Shown in pieces: positions 1 to 12,397 of a DNA stretch of 64,000 nucleotides (positions are counted from its first letter, which is position 1; each line of letters begins with the position of its first letter). The notes below the pieces were generated by a model. That model worked only from the letters and a program-made list of their open reading frames with translations, was not told where the DNA came from and ran no database searches. A program made the translations under genes and the position numbers. This stretch comes from Octopus bimaculoides (taxonomy: Eukaryota), in assembly GCF_001194135.2 (NCBI RefSeq), contig NC_068985.1, forward strand, positions 80,556,374 through 80,620,373. The letters run 5' to 3'.

Positions 1-207
1 TTTATGAAATGACAGCATTTTAAAAACTATCATCAAATAGAAACCACTTTGAAAAAAAAAAAACGTTTAAAAAATGTCCAAAGACTTGGGAGAAAATCAA
101 TCAGTGCTGAACTGAAAGAGACAAAGATGATGCAGAGGAGAAGCAAAAGCACCAGCAATTGTAGAAAACTTATGTTTAGCCAATGTGAGAAATGTCAACA
201 TTCTCAT

Positions 208-520
208 AGGCGTAGGAGTGGCTGTGTGGTAAGTAGCTTGCTTACTGACCACATGGTTCCAGGTTCAGTCACACTGCGTGGCACTTTGGGCAAGTGTCTT
301 CTACTATGGCCTCGGGCCGACCAAAGCCTTGTGAGTGGATTTGGTAGACAGAAACTGAAAGAAGCCCATCGTATATATGTATGTATATATATATATATAT
401 ATATATGGGAGAATGTACGAAAAAAAACAACAACAGACGAGGACAGGTGGTGTAAACAACAAAAGGATGTATTAGTTTGACGCTCGGGAATACAGAAAGT
501 CTTTAACGTTTCGAGCTACG

Positions 521-554
<34 letters not shown>

Positions 555-795
555 GNNNNNNNNNNNNNNNNNNNNNNNNNNNNNNNNNNNNNNNNNNNNN
601 NNNNNNNNNNNNNNNNNNNNNNNNNNNNNNNNNNNNNNNNNNNNNNNNNNNNNTAGCTTAGCGGTTCGGCAAAAGAGACCGATAGAATAAGTACTAGGCT
701 TACAAAGAATAAGTCCTGGGGTCGATTTGCTTGACTAAAGGCAGTGCTCCAGCATGGCCACAGTCAAATGACAAACAAGTAAAAGAGTAAAAGAG
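208..795 (+). mobile_element. tRNA-derived SINE family A (GGCGTAGGAGTGGCTGTGTGGTAAG head, internal (TA)n, (AAAAGAGT)n tail), interrupted
   Basis: A/B-box-like head and a body shared with copies at 16959 and 30160. Holds a foreign insert at 406-527 and an N-gap. Confidence 0.85.
406..527 (-). mobile_element. Penelope-type repeat end fragment with a half hammerhead, inserted in the SINE internal microsatellite
   Basis: Minus strand reads GAGC-GTA-GCTC-GAAAC-GTT; the CUGANGA half has been replaced by (GA)n. Confidence 0.5.
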
Positions 796-972
796 ATTCT
801 AAATGTATCACCTGAAAACTAAAGTCATAACATTTTACTTGAAATACACAGGGAAGTTTCCTTTTCCTTTGTTCAGTATTACCCCACAAAATCTCAAACA
901 AACAGATTTAACCGTAAGCTCTAAAAACTGGTTGGCTACAGGTTTAAAAAGAATGGTAAATGAATAACTTAC

Positions 973-1137
973 CTTTGTCTCCTCATCGCTGATCTTCTCA
1001 TAAGCCTTTTTCAATGAGCCATAATGAGGACGCAAGAATTTCAATGGCTTAGGAACTGACGTCATGGAAGTAGTTGAGGCACGGATTTCAGTACGAAGAC
1101 ATTCTAGAGCTTGCCTGTAATGCTTTTGATCAGATTC
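973..1137 (-). CDS. PSMD2: PSMD2/Rpn1 coding exon 3 ([55 protein letters not shown])
   Basis: TTTTCCAG acceptor, AAG|GTAAGT donor, 165 nt. Contains the Rpn1 signature [19 protein letters not shown]. The gene continues beyond position 1. Confidence 0.97.
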
Positions 1138-1661
1138 CTGGAAAAGGAAATTAACACACATGAAAACTGGTTTTTAACTGTAAACCTCACAATGACTGAG
1201 GTGTATATTAACTTCCAAGACTTTTGAAGGAGAAGCATATTCAATACATTTACCATTTTGATTCTGATTAAAAACAATGCATTTATGATCCAACATGGGA
1301 ACCACTACATGGTCACATGACTTGCTAGAAATAACAGCCAAACATCCTATCATATTTAAAACACACTGAAGATGGGATGGTCAGAGCCTTTGACTCGGAA
1401 CATAACTGTGGTGCATACTATTAGCTATACACATTTCACTTCCAGCCAGGTCCAGCTATCCCTCCTCTTTTTATCATTCATATTTTCCCCACTCCCACCA
1501 CAACTCTTCCCAATCCTCCCCACCTAAGAACATCAACCGTTTGGAATTCTTTTCCTACTCCTAACATCACCATCTGGTCTTTGGGCAGCTTTCATGAAGT
1601 TCATTCTGTTGCAAGCATTTGAATTGGTCTCTAGTTTGGGGATAACTCTCTCTCTTCCCCC

Positions 1662-1888
1662 CAGTGATTCTCAATCAGGGTCCATATAAGATTTTGTTGT
1701 TAAAGTTTAGGTTCAATAAATTGGTTATACTTCTACATTACACAAAATATTATAACAACTTTTTATATGATTTCTTGTAATTATAAAAATATAATAGGAT
1801 TTTAAAAAATACTGAATGGCTACTGGGGTCCAGTAGTGGAAAATAGGAATCAAAGGGGTCCATAGCTAAAACTGGTTGAGAAACACAG
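1662..1888 (+). mobile_element. hAT (Charlie-like) MITE
   Basis: CAGTGATTCTCAA ... TTGAGAAACACAG termini; 8-bp TSD CTTCCCCC/CTTCCTCC (7/8). A related copy lies in reverse at about 57470-57698. Confidence 0.65.
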
Positions 1889-3084
1889 CTTCCTCCCATT
1901 GGTGTTAGTAAAAAAAAATGGTGATGACACTATTCTATCATGACTCATTATGCAGAAAAGTGAAAAAGTCCTGGCAAACAACTTCAAGACATTTAAAATC
2001 AGCCCTAACCTCATGAGTCTACGATGGTTATGGGCACTACCCCTTCCTCCTGACAAAACCATGAAAAAAATCCATGTATTAAAATATTTGGCATCAGTGT
2101 AAGGTAGGTGTGAGAGGCAGGACCTGGCCAGTTTGAACCTAAAACAGGTGGGATATTTTGGCTGGATATGGCTGGCTTAAATACTAAAGGGTTAAGTTAA
2201 TCACCTAAGTAGGCTAAGGCAGGATTAGAACTAAGAATGTAAAGTGCTGGAATAAATACTGTAAAGTATCAAACATTTTCTTAGTTCTGCCACCTTTGAT
2301 TGATACTATGTTACTGATTCTGAAAGGTGAAGTTGACCTTGGCGGGATTTGAACACAGAGCTCAGAAACAGAGTGAATACTGCAGGACTCAATGCTCTAA
2401 CAACTCGCCTAACATTCTTTTGATAAACCTACCCATTATAACAACACAAATCATTGTAAAGACAACTCAATTAAAATCGAGAAAACAACATGAAAGGTTT
2501 AATAAAGACCTTGATTGCTTCAATTAAATGATCCATCTGAAAACCAAAGCTTTAAAATGTATTCTAGTGACTGAAATTTTAGATCTGTTCAAAGTGGCCC
2601 AATATAGGAAATTAGTTATGTAAGTAGATTTAAATATTTATCATAGTTCATTTCATAAAGCATACTATTATTTCTAGATTTGGGTAGCATTAAATTCTTA
2701 TCTTTTAGCTCTTTTTCTAGCAGGTCTTACTTACACTATTCACTCTTTTGAACTATTACCAATTCTAGGTATGATTATCACAGTGCAATAAAAATGAGAT
2801 CAACTCAATTTCCAAGCTTTAAAACTGAAACTGGTTTCATGAATTTGTAAATCTTTCCAAGTATAAACAGACATGTATGAAAAATGAAAAACTAATCATT
2901 TTGTACATTACACTGATTTTTTAATGTAATATTTGCTAAGATTTTGAAGCTGACCATGTTAGTCTTGTATTTGTAGAAATAAAATTGAAATCTTAAAATT
3001 TTTCAGTCACAGAACCACTTATCTAAAACTATTTTTTTGAAACCAATTACAGTATTTAATAAGAACACACAAAAAGATACTTAC

Positions 3085-3141
3085 AGTAAGCCTCTCCACC
3101 ATAAGGTTCAAGGATTCTTGTAACTGTTTGTCTTCTTCAGA
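3085..3141 (-). CDS. PSMD2: PSMD2/Rpn1 coding exon 2 (SEEDKQLQESLNLMVERLT)
   Basis: TACTTTCAG acceptor, ACT|GTAAGT donor, 57 nt, phase 0/0. Matches human SEEDKQLQDELEMLVERLG as recalled. Confidence 0.95.
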
Positions 3142-4739
3142 CTGAAAGTATATAATATTAAATTAAAATATCAATTTAAACAGAATTCATTTAATAATTG
3201 CTGTATTTGTTAGAGTCATGTTCATCAGTCTATAAGAGAATCAATAGCTCAGCAAGTTACCATACAATTTTAATAACAGTTTCACTGTCCACATTCTGAA
3301 ATGAGCTGGTTGTATCTATAGAATACACTTTGTGTGTGTGTGTGTGTGTTTATGCATATCTGGGTGGATGTTTGCCTTTCATCCTTTGCGGGTTGATAAA
3401 TTAAGTGTCAGCTGCATACTGGGATCAATCTAATCAACTGGTCCCACTCCCCAAAAATTTTGGACCTTGTGCCTAGAGTAGAAAAGAATAATAAGCAATC
3501 TAAGCTAGGCACAGGTAACCTTTTACAAAAAGCAGGCTGCATGAGAGACATAGTTCATTGTCAAGTGGATTACACTACTAAAAAAAAAATTCAAGATTAT
3601 TTTGCATTCGTGTACCTTTTAGAGAGTCTTGTAGACTGCATTTGTTTACGACTGATCTAAAATATTAATATTTGCTATCAAAATACTGTCCCTTAACTCT
3701 GCGTTTTCAAAAACAAGAGGAATAAATATAATTCCTTAGTTAAAAAGAGGTAAGGATTAACAACAGGAAAAAGCTCTTAGCTACAAAACAATAACTTAAT
3801 AGTATATATTTATCCAACTCATGCTAGTAATAAAAAAATGAGTGTTACACAAATGGAAAAACACATGGTCTCTGGATCTGCAGATAAAAACCATAGAAAA
3901 TATGGACAGAACTGTTTCGAAGTGATGTGAGCAAATGAAATGGTATTTTTTAGCAGAAGGCATGCATCCAAATTGCAATAAAATAGTAGAATTCTTAGAA
4001 TGTAGAATAATATGGTTAGAGGATTATTTCATACTGCTTTAGGACAGTAGTAACAAATCAATTGGTTTAATCTTTTAGTATTCAGATTACTCTGACAAAT
4101 GTAATGCTTATTTATTCACATTGCTCTGAATTAATCAAGTATTATCTCATAGCTTCAAGAATTTAATTACATGATATGGCTGGTTTAAATGCTAAAGGGC
4201 TAATAGCTTGATTATGAGGTGTCAAATGACTGAGAAGTGGACTACTAACTTATTGGTCATGAGTTCAAATCCAGAGTAGAATACTTCAATGGACCTGCTT
4301 CAGCATTCAGCCTTAATTTCAGATCTTCAAGCTAATGTTACTTTAAAAGGCTGAGGTTCTAACCAGGGGATTTACTATTCATTTGCTCCATGTCATGAAA
4401 CCTATAAGTGATACACTTTCCTTCATTTTGAAGTTTTTTTTTAAAGGTATAAAGCCCTTTTGTTCAGAGAATATGTAACAAATGTTTTAAGGCTATTTTA
4501 CCCTGCTAAAGTATGCTAGTCATGTGGTTCCCATGACAATCTTTTTTCCATTTTGCCCTATCCTATTTATTGCTGCCACACTCACCAATCCATAAATCTT
4601 AATTTCTTCTCCATCATCTTTCTCAGTTTTACTTTCTTCTACACCCTCCAACATTTATTTCCATTATTCCTCTCACCCAGTCGCTTTATTTCTCTCTGGT
4701 GCTGGCACAGTAATGTGCCAGCTCCAGCATTCCATCCTC

Positions 4740-5150
4740 ACCTATGATCATGAATGTTGGGTAAAGACCAAAATTATATGATCATGAATACAAGCAGTTG
4801 AAATGAGATTCCTCTGAAGGGCTTCTGGAGTAACATCTTTTTAAACAGGGAACAAAGCTTGGAGATCTGGGAGTCTCTCCTGGTTGAACTGTTACTTCTC
4901 CACATCGAGGTCCAGTGCTCTGGGCAGCTGGATAGCATGCCACAGGAAAGAATCATAAGAGAAATTCTTCAAGCCAAGTCAACTGGCAGGAGACCTTGAG
5001 GTAGGCCTAGAATGGTTGGTTAATATCCACCATATTCATAGCCTAAGTTGGCCACTTTTGGGAACCCAGCCAGAAAGTATAATGATGGCTGCTTCTGATA
5101 GGATCCTATAGGGGAGATGCCTGAAGACACTATATATGGCATTTATACCT
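4740..5150 (+). mobile_element. Decayed RTE (Expander/Rex3-like) LINE 3' coding remnant
   Basis: Frameshifted translation resembles IQAVEMRFL...VELLLLHIE...GRRP(R)GRPR. Confidence 0.6.
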
Positions 5151-5439
5151 ACCCTTTTTCTGCATATGGAACAAGTCCATTTCACTGGTTCCTGTCTTCT
5201 TATTTTCTTATTGTGCTAGTATGGACATGATGTGTATAGATGAGGATAGCTGTATAAAAAAGTGCCAGTCAATGTGAGTGGAGCTTGCAAAAGTGGGAGA
5301 CCCAGGAAGACTTGCAAAGTGATAAAGGCTTCAGGACCATTCTTTGTCTTTGCAGACTTTACCTCTTTAGTTTTAGGTTTAGTGCCCATGCCTGGAATTT
5401 CATCTCTCCCCAGTAGATTCAGCTATGGGAACTATATCA

Positions 5440-5690
5440 TCAGCATATAGAAATTCCTATGGACATCCAGTCTTAAACACCTCTGTGATGTCCTGTGGGA
5501 CTCTGATGAACAGGAGAGGACAACATTTTCGTCAATGAAACTGTTGTTGAATATTACTGCATTTTTGTACACAGCTTGTACAGTCCTACACCTACTTTTC
5601 TCAATGATCACCAAATTACTGAGTGTGATAGTCAAACACTTCCTAGTTGCCTCTCTAGGAAGATGGCATCCATAGTGCCTCTTCTTGGGA
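5440..5690 (-). mobile_element. Decayed CR1/L2-like LINE 3' remnant
   Basis: Translation IIEKSRCRTVQAVYKNAVIFN...RLDVHR resembles the C-terminal end of CR1/L2 ORF2. Confidence 0.4.
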
Positions 5691-5712
5691 CAAAGTCAAA
5701 ATTAATCTAAAC

Positions 5713-6598
5713 TAGTGGTTTTTGGGGGACCATGCAAGAAAAAAAAGTAAATTAAGGACCCTCAGTAGTATTTTAAGAGCCCATGAAAAATGTTTGATTT
5801 AGATGTTTTTATTGCAAGAAACAGCTAGATTTCTTTCTCAAACGCTTTACATAGTTCAACTGACACAATATATGGAAAAACAAAATAGGGACTTTGTGTG
5901 GTACGATGCTTGATATAAGGTGGCAAGCTGGCAGAAACGCTAGCACGCCGAGCGAAATGCTTGGCGGTATTTCATCTGCCGTTACATTCTGAGTTCAAAT
6001 TTTGCCGAGGTCAACTTTGCCTTTCATCCTTTCAGGGTCAATAAATTAAGTACCAGTTATGCACTGGGGTCGATGTAATCGACTTAATCCCTTTGTCTGT
6101 CCTTGTTTGTCCCCTTGTGGGCAGTAAAGAAATAAAGAAATAAGATGCTTGATTCCCAACCACAAGGTTCCTAGTTCAGTCCCACTGTGTGGTACCTTGG
6201 GCAAGTGTCTTCTACTATAACCTTGAGCTAACCAAAGATTTGTGAGTGGATTTGGTAGACGGAAACCAAAGGAAGCCCATTGTGTATCTGTGTGTATGTT
6301 TGTCCACCCCATCATTGCTTGACAACCAGTGTTGGGGTGCTTGCATCCCCATAAATTAGCTGTTTGGCAAAAGAGACCAATAGAATAAGTACTAGGCTTT
6401 AAAAGAAAAAAAAATGGGGTTAATTTCTTCGACTAAAACCTTTCAAAGCAGTGCTCCAGCATTGCTGCAGTCAAATGACTGAAACAACTAACAGAATAAA
6501 GAAGTATCTACAAAACTAAACATCAAACGGAAATGGGGTCCACCAAAACAAAACATAATCAATGGGATCCATAGATCAAAAATGGTTGAGAACCACTG
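5713..6598 (+). mobile_element. hAT MITE containing SINE A (about 5890-6500), which contains SINE B (5915-6143)
   Basis: TAGTGGTTTTT ... GAGAACCACTG termini with a degenerate 8-bp TSD ATCTAAAC/ATCTCGAC. SINE B is flanked by a perfect TSD GATGCTTGAT (5905-5914, 6144-6153). Confidence 0.75.
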
Positions 6599-6599
6599 A

Positions 6600-7400
6600 T
6601 CTCGACTCTTAGCTATTACCATCAAAAGATTAGCATACAGCTCCCGTGACCAACCCTCAGCTTTTGAACCAACACCTTCATCACAACTACAAATAATAGT
6701 GGGCTTTATACTGATGTTTGACACACTGCAACCTCCACTGCAAACTCCTCAATGTTCACAACGTTCATCCTCAAAACTGTGCACACTCTTTCATTACATC
6801 AACATCTGTACTCTAACTCATGAAACCTGTATTTCTCCTGTAACTGCCTTACAATAAAAATTGCAGTAATTGTGTCTCTTCCTGGCATAAAACCAAACAG
6901 CATTTCATTGATCTTCATTTTCTCCATAATATAGAGGAATGAAGATTATTCAACTCTCGATTCTCTTGAATATGAGCTTCTTTCACTACTAGCCTACAGA
7001 TGTCTCATTTTACCAACTTTTTGCTGCCTTTAGCATATTTTCCAGTGTTTGCTGGCCCTCCTGTTTTACTACTCAACTGCTTTCTCAGTTATTTCCTCTG
7101 CTGGTCCTAAAACTGGATTGCTCTTTCCATCCCATTCCTTCTCCATATTCCTTTGAGCAGCACTATCACGATATCTCACTCTAGTTGATTGCTGCACAAT
7201 CTTATATACCTCTCTGACTGCATGTTCTCCAAATATTTTACACACTATCTATACCATCACGGTCTTTTTGGCTACCTTTAACTATGCTTGTTTTCTGCTA
7301 CCATACTCCTTATTCCTTGAACATTTTCTTTTCTCACTGATTCCCTATTTAAACTTTACTGACTCACCAAGTGTCTTTATGGTACTTTTGACTATCTGCA
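6600..7400 (-). mobile_element. Decayed RTE LINE, APE endonuclease region
   Basis: Degenerate GNKEYGGS/GVGLAF-like and KKLVK..DICRL segments; many stops. Confidence 0.45.
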
Positions 7401-8664
7401 CACATACTGAAGAATGACCTCAAGAAGCTGAACCATTCAAGCGAGATGACAAAGGACCGAGATACCTGGTGCCTGGCTGTACTCAAGAAGACCTGTACAC
7501 AGCAGCAGAAGTGTTAAAACTCATTCTTCTGGTTGTGTAAAGCACCCATGGCGGTACCATGTAAGAGCACCAGTACAGTGCCATATAAAAGCGCCCGTGC
7601 AGCAACACATAAAAGCATCCAGTTGTAGAAACCATGCCAAATCAGACTGGAGTCTGGTGCAGCCCCAACAGCTTGCCAGCTCTCAATGCCAGCATGGACA
7701 AGGGACATTAAATGATGATTCCTGACATCTCTTAATCTATCTTTCAGTGACTTTCAACCAGTTTCAAGTTTGATCATATCATATTCTATCATACTAGGCT
7801 TCTCTTTTTAGACCCCTTCCAGTCACCTCTTTCAAACTCTAAACCAAATACTGCTGTGTAGCAAACTTCATTTTCAAAATTACCTTCACATCCTTTAGAC
7901 ACATCAGGTCTTGTACATAGTACAATCAAGAAGTCAACAGTTGATGTTAACCTACCTCATGATCATATAGCAAACTTACTGCTTTCCAGAATTGGGAATC
8001 ACAAAGTAACAAAGCAACTCCAAAATCCCTTCACCTCGCTATTCCTTACACCCTATCTGTAACAACCATGAGCTCTCTCAGAATCATCTGCATTCTTCAT
8101 GTCCATTCACGTTCTCTTCTACAATGACAGCTTTCCTAGCTTTCATGCTTTTCATCACTTTATCACAGACTAAAACTAGCCTTCTCAATATTCCAACCAC
8201 CTGTGAGGCATATTCTGAGAATATTATATGATGAATATATTAAGAAAATATTTAATAGTCACTGTCATTCTTAAATTACTGATACTTTTATATGTATATA
8301 AAAAGACCAATTTCAACAGTTTTAGTCTTTGTTAAGTACATCTCGGATGCTTATGGACATGCCACAATTCCATGACCGTCAGCTATAGCCTGTGATTATA
8401 CACTCCCTACTATCCTCTACATAATTTAAATTTAGTTTCCATTCACGCTTTTTTCACCAGCTATATGACTGGTGTGATACCAAAGCATCTGGATCCACCA
8501 AACACCTGTACATGGTTCATGGTTGAATAATAATAACAATAATAATAAACCTACTTTAGTACAGCTTCATTTCAATAAAAAACAAAACAAAAACATTCAA
8601 TTGGTTAGATAATGAATGAGTGAAGTATCCAAAAGATGGCCAATATATGATGGCTCTGAGTCAT

Positions 8665-8723
<59 letters not shown>

Positions 8724-8739
8724 TTAAGGAGACAAATAA

Positions 8740-10420
8740 GCAATCGTGAAAGAAGCAATTCGGACAAAAACAAATAAATAACTAAAAGAATGTGTTTTAT
8801 GTATAAATAAGAAACAAAGAGACAATGGAAAATTTGGTTTCGGTAGATATAATGAAAAATGAAATTGACTGAACTGCATTTAAACAATGCAACTTTGGTA
8901 CTTATTTATTATTCGTTTTATCACCTTGGTTTTCATTTTCGAACCTAGTCAAAATATAACCTCCATTTTTATACAAATTTATGAAAAGATATGAAAATCG
9001 CGAGTTTAGGGAAAAAAAATACTTGATCACTATATAATTTTTAAAATTCCAATTACAAATGGAATTGAAAAACAAATCTAAAACGTTTAATTTGAAGGGA
9101 ATCCATGACTTTTGTCTACAAAGGTTGAAGGCTCGTGATTAAAAAACAAACAAGAGGTTGTAAGACGGTTATTGCCGATAAATTATTTCCAACAATTGCA
9201 AATTTAGTTACGAAATATATATATATTTTCGAACATGCGATTACGTAAAAAAGACATGTTGCGGTTTTTTTCTTTTCTGATTTGTGGGTAAAAACTTGAA
9301 AATTATGCATTGAGATCAAAATAACTGAATATTCAAGGATTATTTCCACAATGAGAGAGTGATTTACTTAAGAGCATAAATACATAAGCCCCTATATAAA
9401 TATATATATATCCCATACATACAAAGATGTGTGAAAGTCTATTATTTCTTTATTCAACAATGCAATTGAAAATTTTAAGTTTTGCGATCTCAGGATGAAT
9501 TCTAACACTTCAGTTATGATGGAACTGATTTTTCAATTACTAGAGTATATTTTGATTTTGAAATCTGTTGAGACGGTTAATCTCTTTCATTCGCAATGTT
9601 TTCATTTAGTTGCAGAAAATAATATTTTTAACCTACGAGTTTAAAGAAAGGTGTGGTGATGTAATTAGAACCGTTATTGTTACGAATGAACCACAGACAA
9701 ATCCAAGAACCAAGTCTTCGACAGTGCTAACGATGATAATTATTTTAATATCATGCTGAATTTAAATTAAAAAAAAACCGTAATATTTGAACAATAAAAG
9801 TGAGGTAACCTACAAATATTTCTTTGTAAACGAGACCAATTTAAAACTAAGAGAATTCAAATCACAGATGCAATGATGATATAATTTCGATGAATGCAGA
9901 GAAGTAGATATAATGCTCTCACACACACATAATACACAGGAAGGCAAGTAACATGACATAGCAGAAATGTGACCGGCAACACCGGCTCGAAAACAGTTGT
10001 AGATGATTGAAAACAATTCAAAAAATGATTAAAACATGAGTAGTTAAATTTGTTACTTGAAAACTCACAAGATCTTGTTCTTCATCCTTCGGAGGAACCT
10101 TGGTATCACTTTTTTCCTTGGAATCGGCATCGTTTTTCTTCTTATCCGCCATGTTGCTTACTAACGTTTAAACGAGATTTTGTAATTACAACTGTGCAAT
10201 GGTGAACGTTAATTTGTTAGAGTTATGAAAATTATTTTAACTCATAAGTGAAATAGTTTCTTTTATTTATTTGAAAATAAATAATGTAAAATGATTTTTA
10301 TAAGCATTTGAAAATAATTATTAAAAAAATTAAACGTATAATATTTATTACCCAGGATGCTTCAAAATTATGCAGCCGATAAGACTAGTTATGTTAGGAC
10401 CCGCCGAAGATAAACTTCTA
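8740..10420. promoter_or_regulatory. CpG-retaining PSMD2 promoter and 5' intron region, probably bidirectional
   Basis: Unique sequence with visibly more CpG than flanking introns. Spans the PSMD2 ATG, which overlaps a YY1-like CCGCCATGTT. Confidence 0.6.
10069..10152 (-). CDS. PSMD2: PSMD2/Rpn1 coding exon 1 (MADKKKNDADSKEKSDTKVPPKDEEQDL)
   Basis: AACATGGCG start context; 84 nt ending at CTT|GTGAGT (phase 0). It splices in frame to SEEDKQLQ, reproducing the conserved (E/D)L|SEEDKQLQ junction of Rpn1. The surrounding DNA is CpG-retaining. Confidence 0.9.
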
Positions 10421-10433
10421 AATTATACCAAAG
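10370..10433 (+). other. Candidate first exon of a divergent plus-strand transcript (short ORF MQPIRLVMLGPAEDKLLNYTK)
   Basis: CpG-containing segment ending at AAG|GTGAAT. A second exon-like unit at 10691-10734 (TTTACAACAG ... AAT|GTAAGT) would terminate this ORF, so it may be 5'UTR or lncRNA. Confidence 0.35.
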
Positions 10434-10574
10434 GTGAATATTTTCAATGAAATGGATTAGAATTTTCACTGAAAACCACACTTAATTAAAGGAAAAGGAT
10501 ATTCATTTATTTGTCACATACCTGAATATACATATCATCTTAGAAAAAATAATTTATTGAGGTATGTTTAAGTA

Positions 10575-10588
10575 GTTTCTATGGCAAC
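10575..10588. promoter_or_regulatory. RFX X-box motif
   Basis: GTTTCTATGGCAAC fits the X-box consensus GTHNYY-AT-RRNAAC, about 420 bp from the PSMD2 ATG on the divergent side. Confidence 0.5.
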
Positions 10589-10789
10589 CATTCAGTGCAT
10601 ATCATTTTGTTTTTGTTACTTAAACACACATATACACAAAAATTATTTGATCTCCCTAATTTTCCTGCTGTTAATTTTTTTTTACAACAGTTTTATTCAC
10701 AGAATTATAACCAATAAATAAAACAATTTAAAATGTAAGTTATATAATGTTTTCAGTTGAAACTGGAAATTAAAACATTTAGATAAAAT

Positions 10790-11250
10790 TGACTTGTCGA
10801 TGTTAACTTTGCCTTTCATTCTTCCGGGGTCGATAAACAAAGTACCAGTCAAGCTCTGAGTCGATATGATGAACTAACCTTGTTCTTAAGTCCTAGCCTT
10901 GTGGTTATATTCGAAATAATTACTATAATTACGGCTCTTTACGCTCTGAGTTCAAATCCTGCGGAGGTCAGCTTTACCTTTCATTCCTCCTAGGTCGATA
11001 AAATGAAGTATCATTCTTGCAGTGGGGTCGGTGTAATCGACCATTTCCTTCCCTTGAAAATTGCTGGTCTTATACCAAAATTGGAAACATACTTTTTTCT
11101 TTTATTTTTCCTATAATGTGGCCAGGCAGAATTGTTAGCGCATTGGTCAAAATGCTTCGTTTGGTTCTTTATGTTCCGAGTTCAGATGTCACCGAAATCG
11201 ACTTTGCCTCTCATACTTTGAAGGTCGATAAAAAAAAGGGGTCAAATTGG
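10790..11250 (+). mobile_element. Cluster of SINE family B fragments
   Basis: Repeated CTTTGCCTTTCATyCTTyyGGGGTCGATAAA..AGTACCAG core, shared with 5915-6143, 12990-13430, 14333-14600 and 39895-40020. Confidence 0.75.
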
Positions 11251-11506
11251 CGGAGTTTCAGAATAATTTGGGTTTTCTCCCGTTTTCACCTAGAACTTTC
11301 AATTTTTTTGCACCACGCACTTCTAAAAAAAAAAAAACAAAAAAAAAACTACATCTATGATTTTTAAAATGTCACCTGTCACTTTCCCCTCATACCTTCA
11401 CGACAGGCATCACCATTTAAAATTTTCTTTTCGCCCGCTTGTTATTTATATTCTGCATTCTGAAACATAGGTAAATGTAAATTTTTAGAGGAGAAAAAAA
11501 AAAAAA

Positions 11507-12397
11507 NNNNNNNNNNNNNNNNNNNNNNNNNNNNNNNNNNNNNNNNNNNNNNNNNNNNNNNNNNNNNNNNNNNNNNNNNNNNNNNNNNNNNNNNNNNNNN
11601 NNNNNNNNNNNNNNNNNNNNNNNNNNNNNNNNNNNNNNNNNNNNNNNNNNNNNNNNNNNNNNNNNNNNNNNNNNNNNNNNNNNNNNNNNNNNNNNNNNNN
11701 NNNNNNNNNNNNNNNNNNNNNNNNNNNNNNNNNNNNNNNNNNNNNNNNNNNNNNNNNNNNNNNNNNNNNNNNNNNNNNNNNNNNNNNNNNNNNNNNNNNN
11801 NNNNNNNNNNNNNNNNNNNNNNNNNNNNNNNNNNNNNNNNNNNNNNNNNNNNNNNNNNNNNNNNNNNNNNNNNNNNNNNNNNNNNNNNNNNNNNNNNNNN
11901 NNNNNNNNNNNNNNNNNNNNNNNNNNNNNNNNNNNNNNNNNNNNNNNNNNNNNNNNNNNNNNNNNNNNNNNNNNNNNNNNNNNNNNNNNNNNNNNNNNNN
12001 NNNNNNNNNNNNNNNNNNNNNNNNNNNNNNNNNNNNNNNNNNNNNNNNNNNNNNNNNNNNNNNNNNNNNNNNNNNNNNNNNNNNNNNNNNNNNNNNNNNN
12101 NNNNNNNNNNNNNNNNNNNNNNNNNNNNNNNNNNNNNNNNNNNNNNNNNNNNNNNNNNNNNNNNNNNNNNNNNNNNNNNNNNNNNNNNNNNNNNNNNNNN
12201 NNNNNNNNNNNNNNNNNNNNNNNNNNNNNNNNNNNNNNNNNNNNNNNNNNNNNNNNNNNNNNNNNNNNNNNNNNNNNNNNNNNNNNNNNNNNNNNNNNNN
12301 NNNNNNNNNNNNNNNNNNNNNNNNNNNNNNNNNNNNNNNNNNNNNNNNNNNNNNNNNNNNNNNNNNNNNNNNNNNNNNNNNNNNNNNNNNNNNNNNN
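11507..12397. other. Assembly gap (N); others at 556-653, 27279-27873, 31474-31611, 38424-38433, 43469-43516, 45478-45939, 46640-47596
   Basis: Runs of N. Confidence 1.

Noticed and set aside
835-972. ORF-track extension of PSMD2 exon 3 (VSYSFTILF...RFCGVIL...)
   Set aside because: Read-through of a consensus GTAAGT donor; the resemblance to the next exon (RF.AD) is coincidental.
10153-10165. ARE-like TTAGTAAGCA just upstream of the PSMD2 ATG
   Set aside because: Mismatch in the TGA core; insufficient evidence for a CNC-bZIP site.
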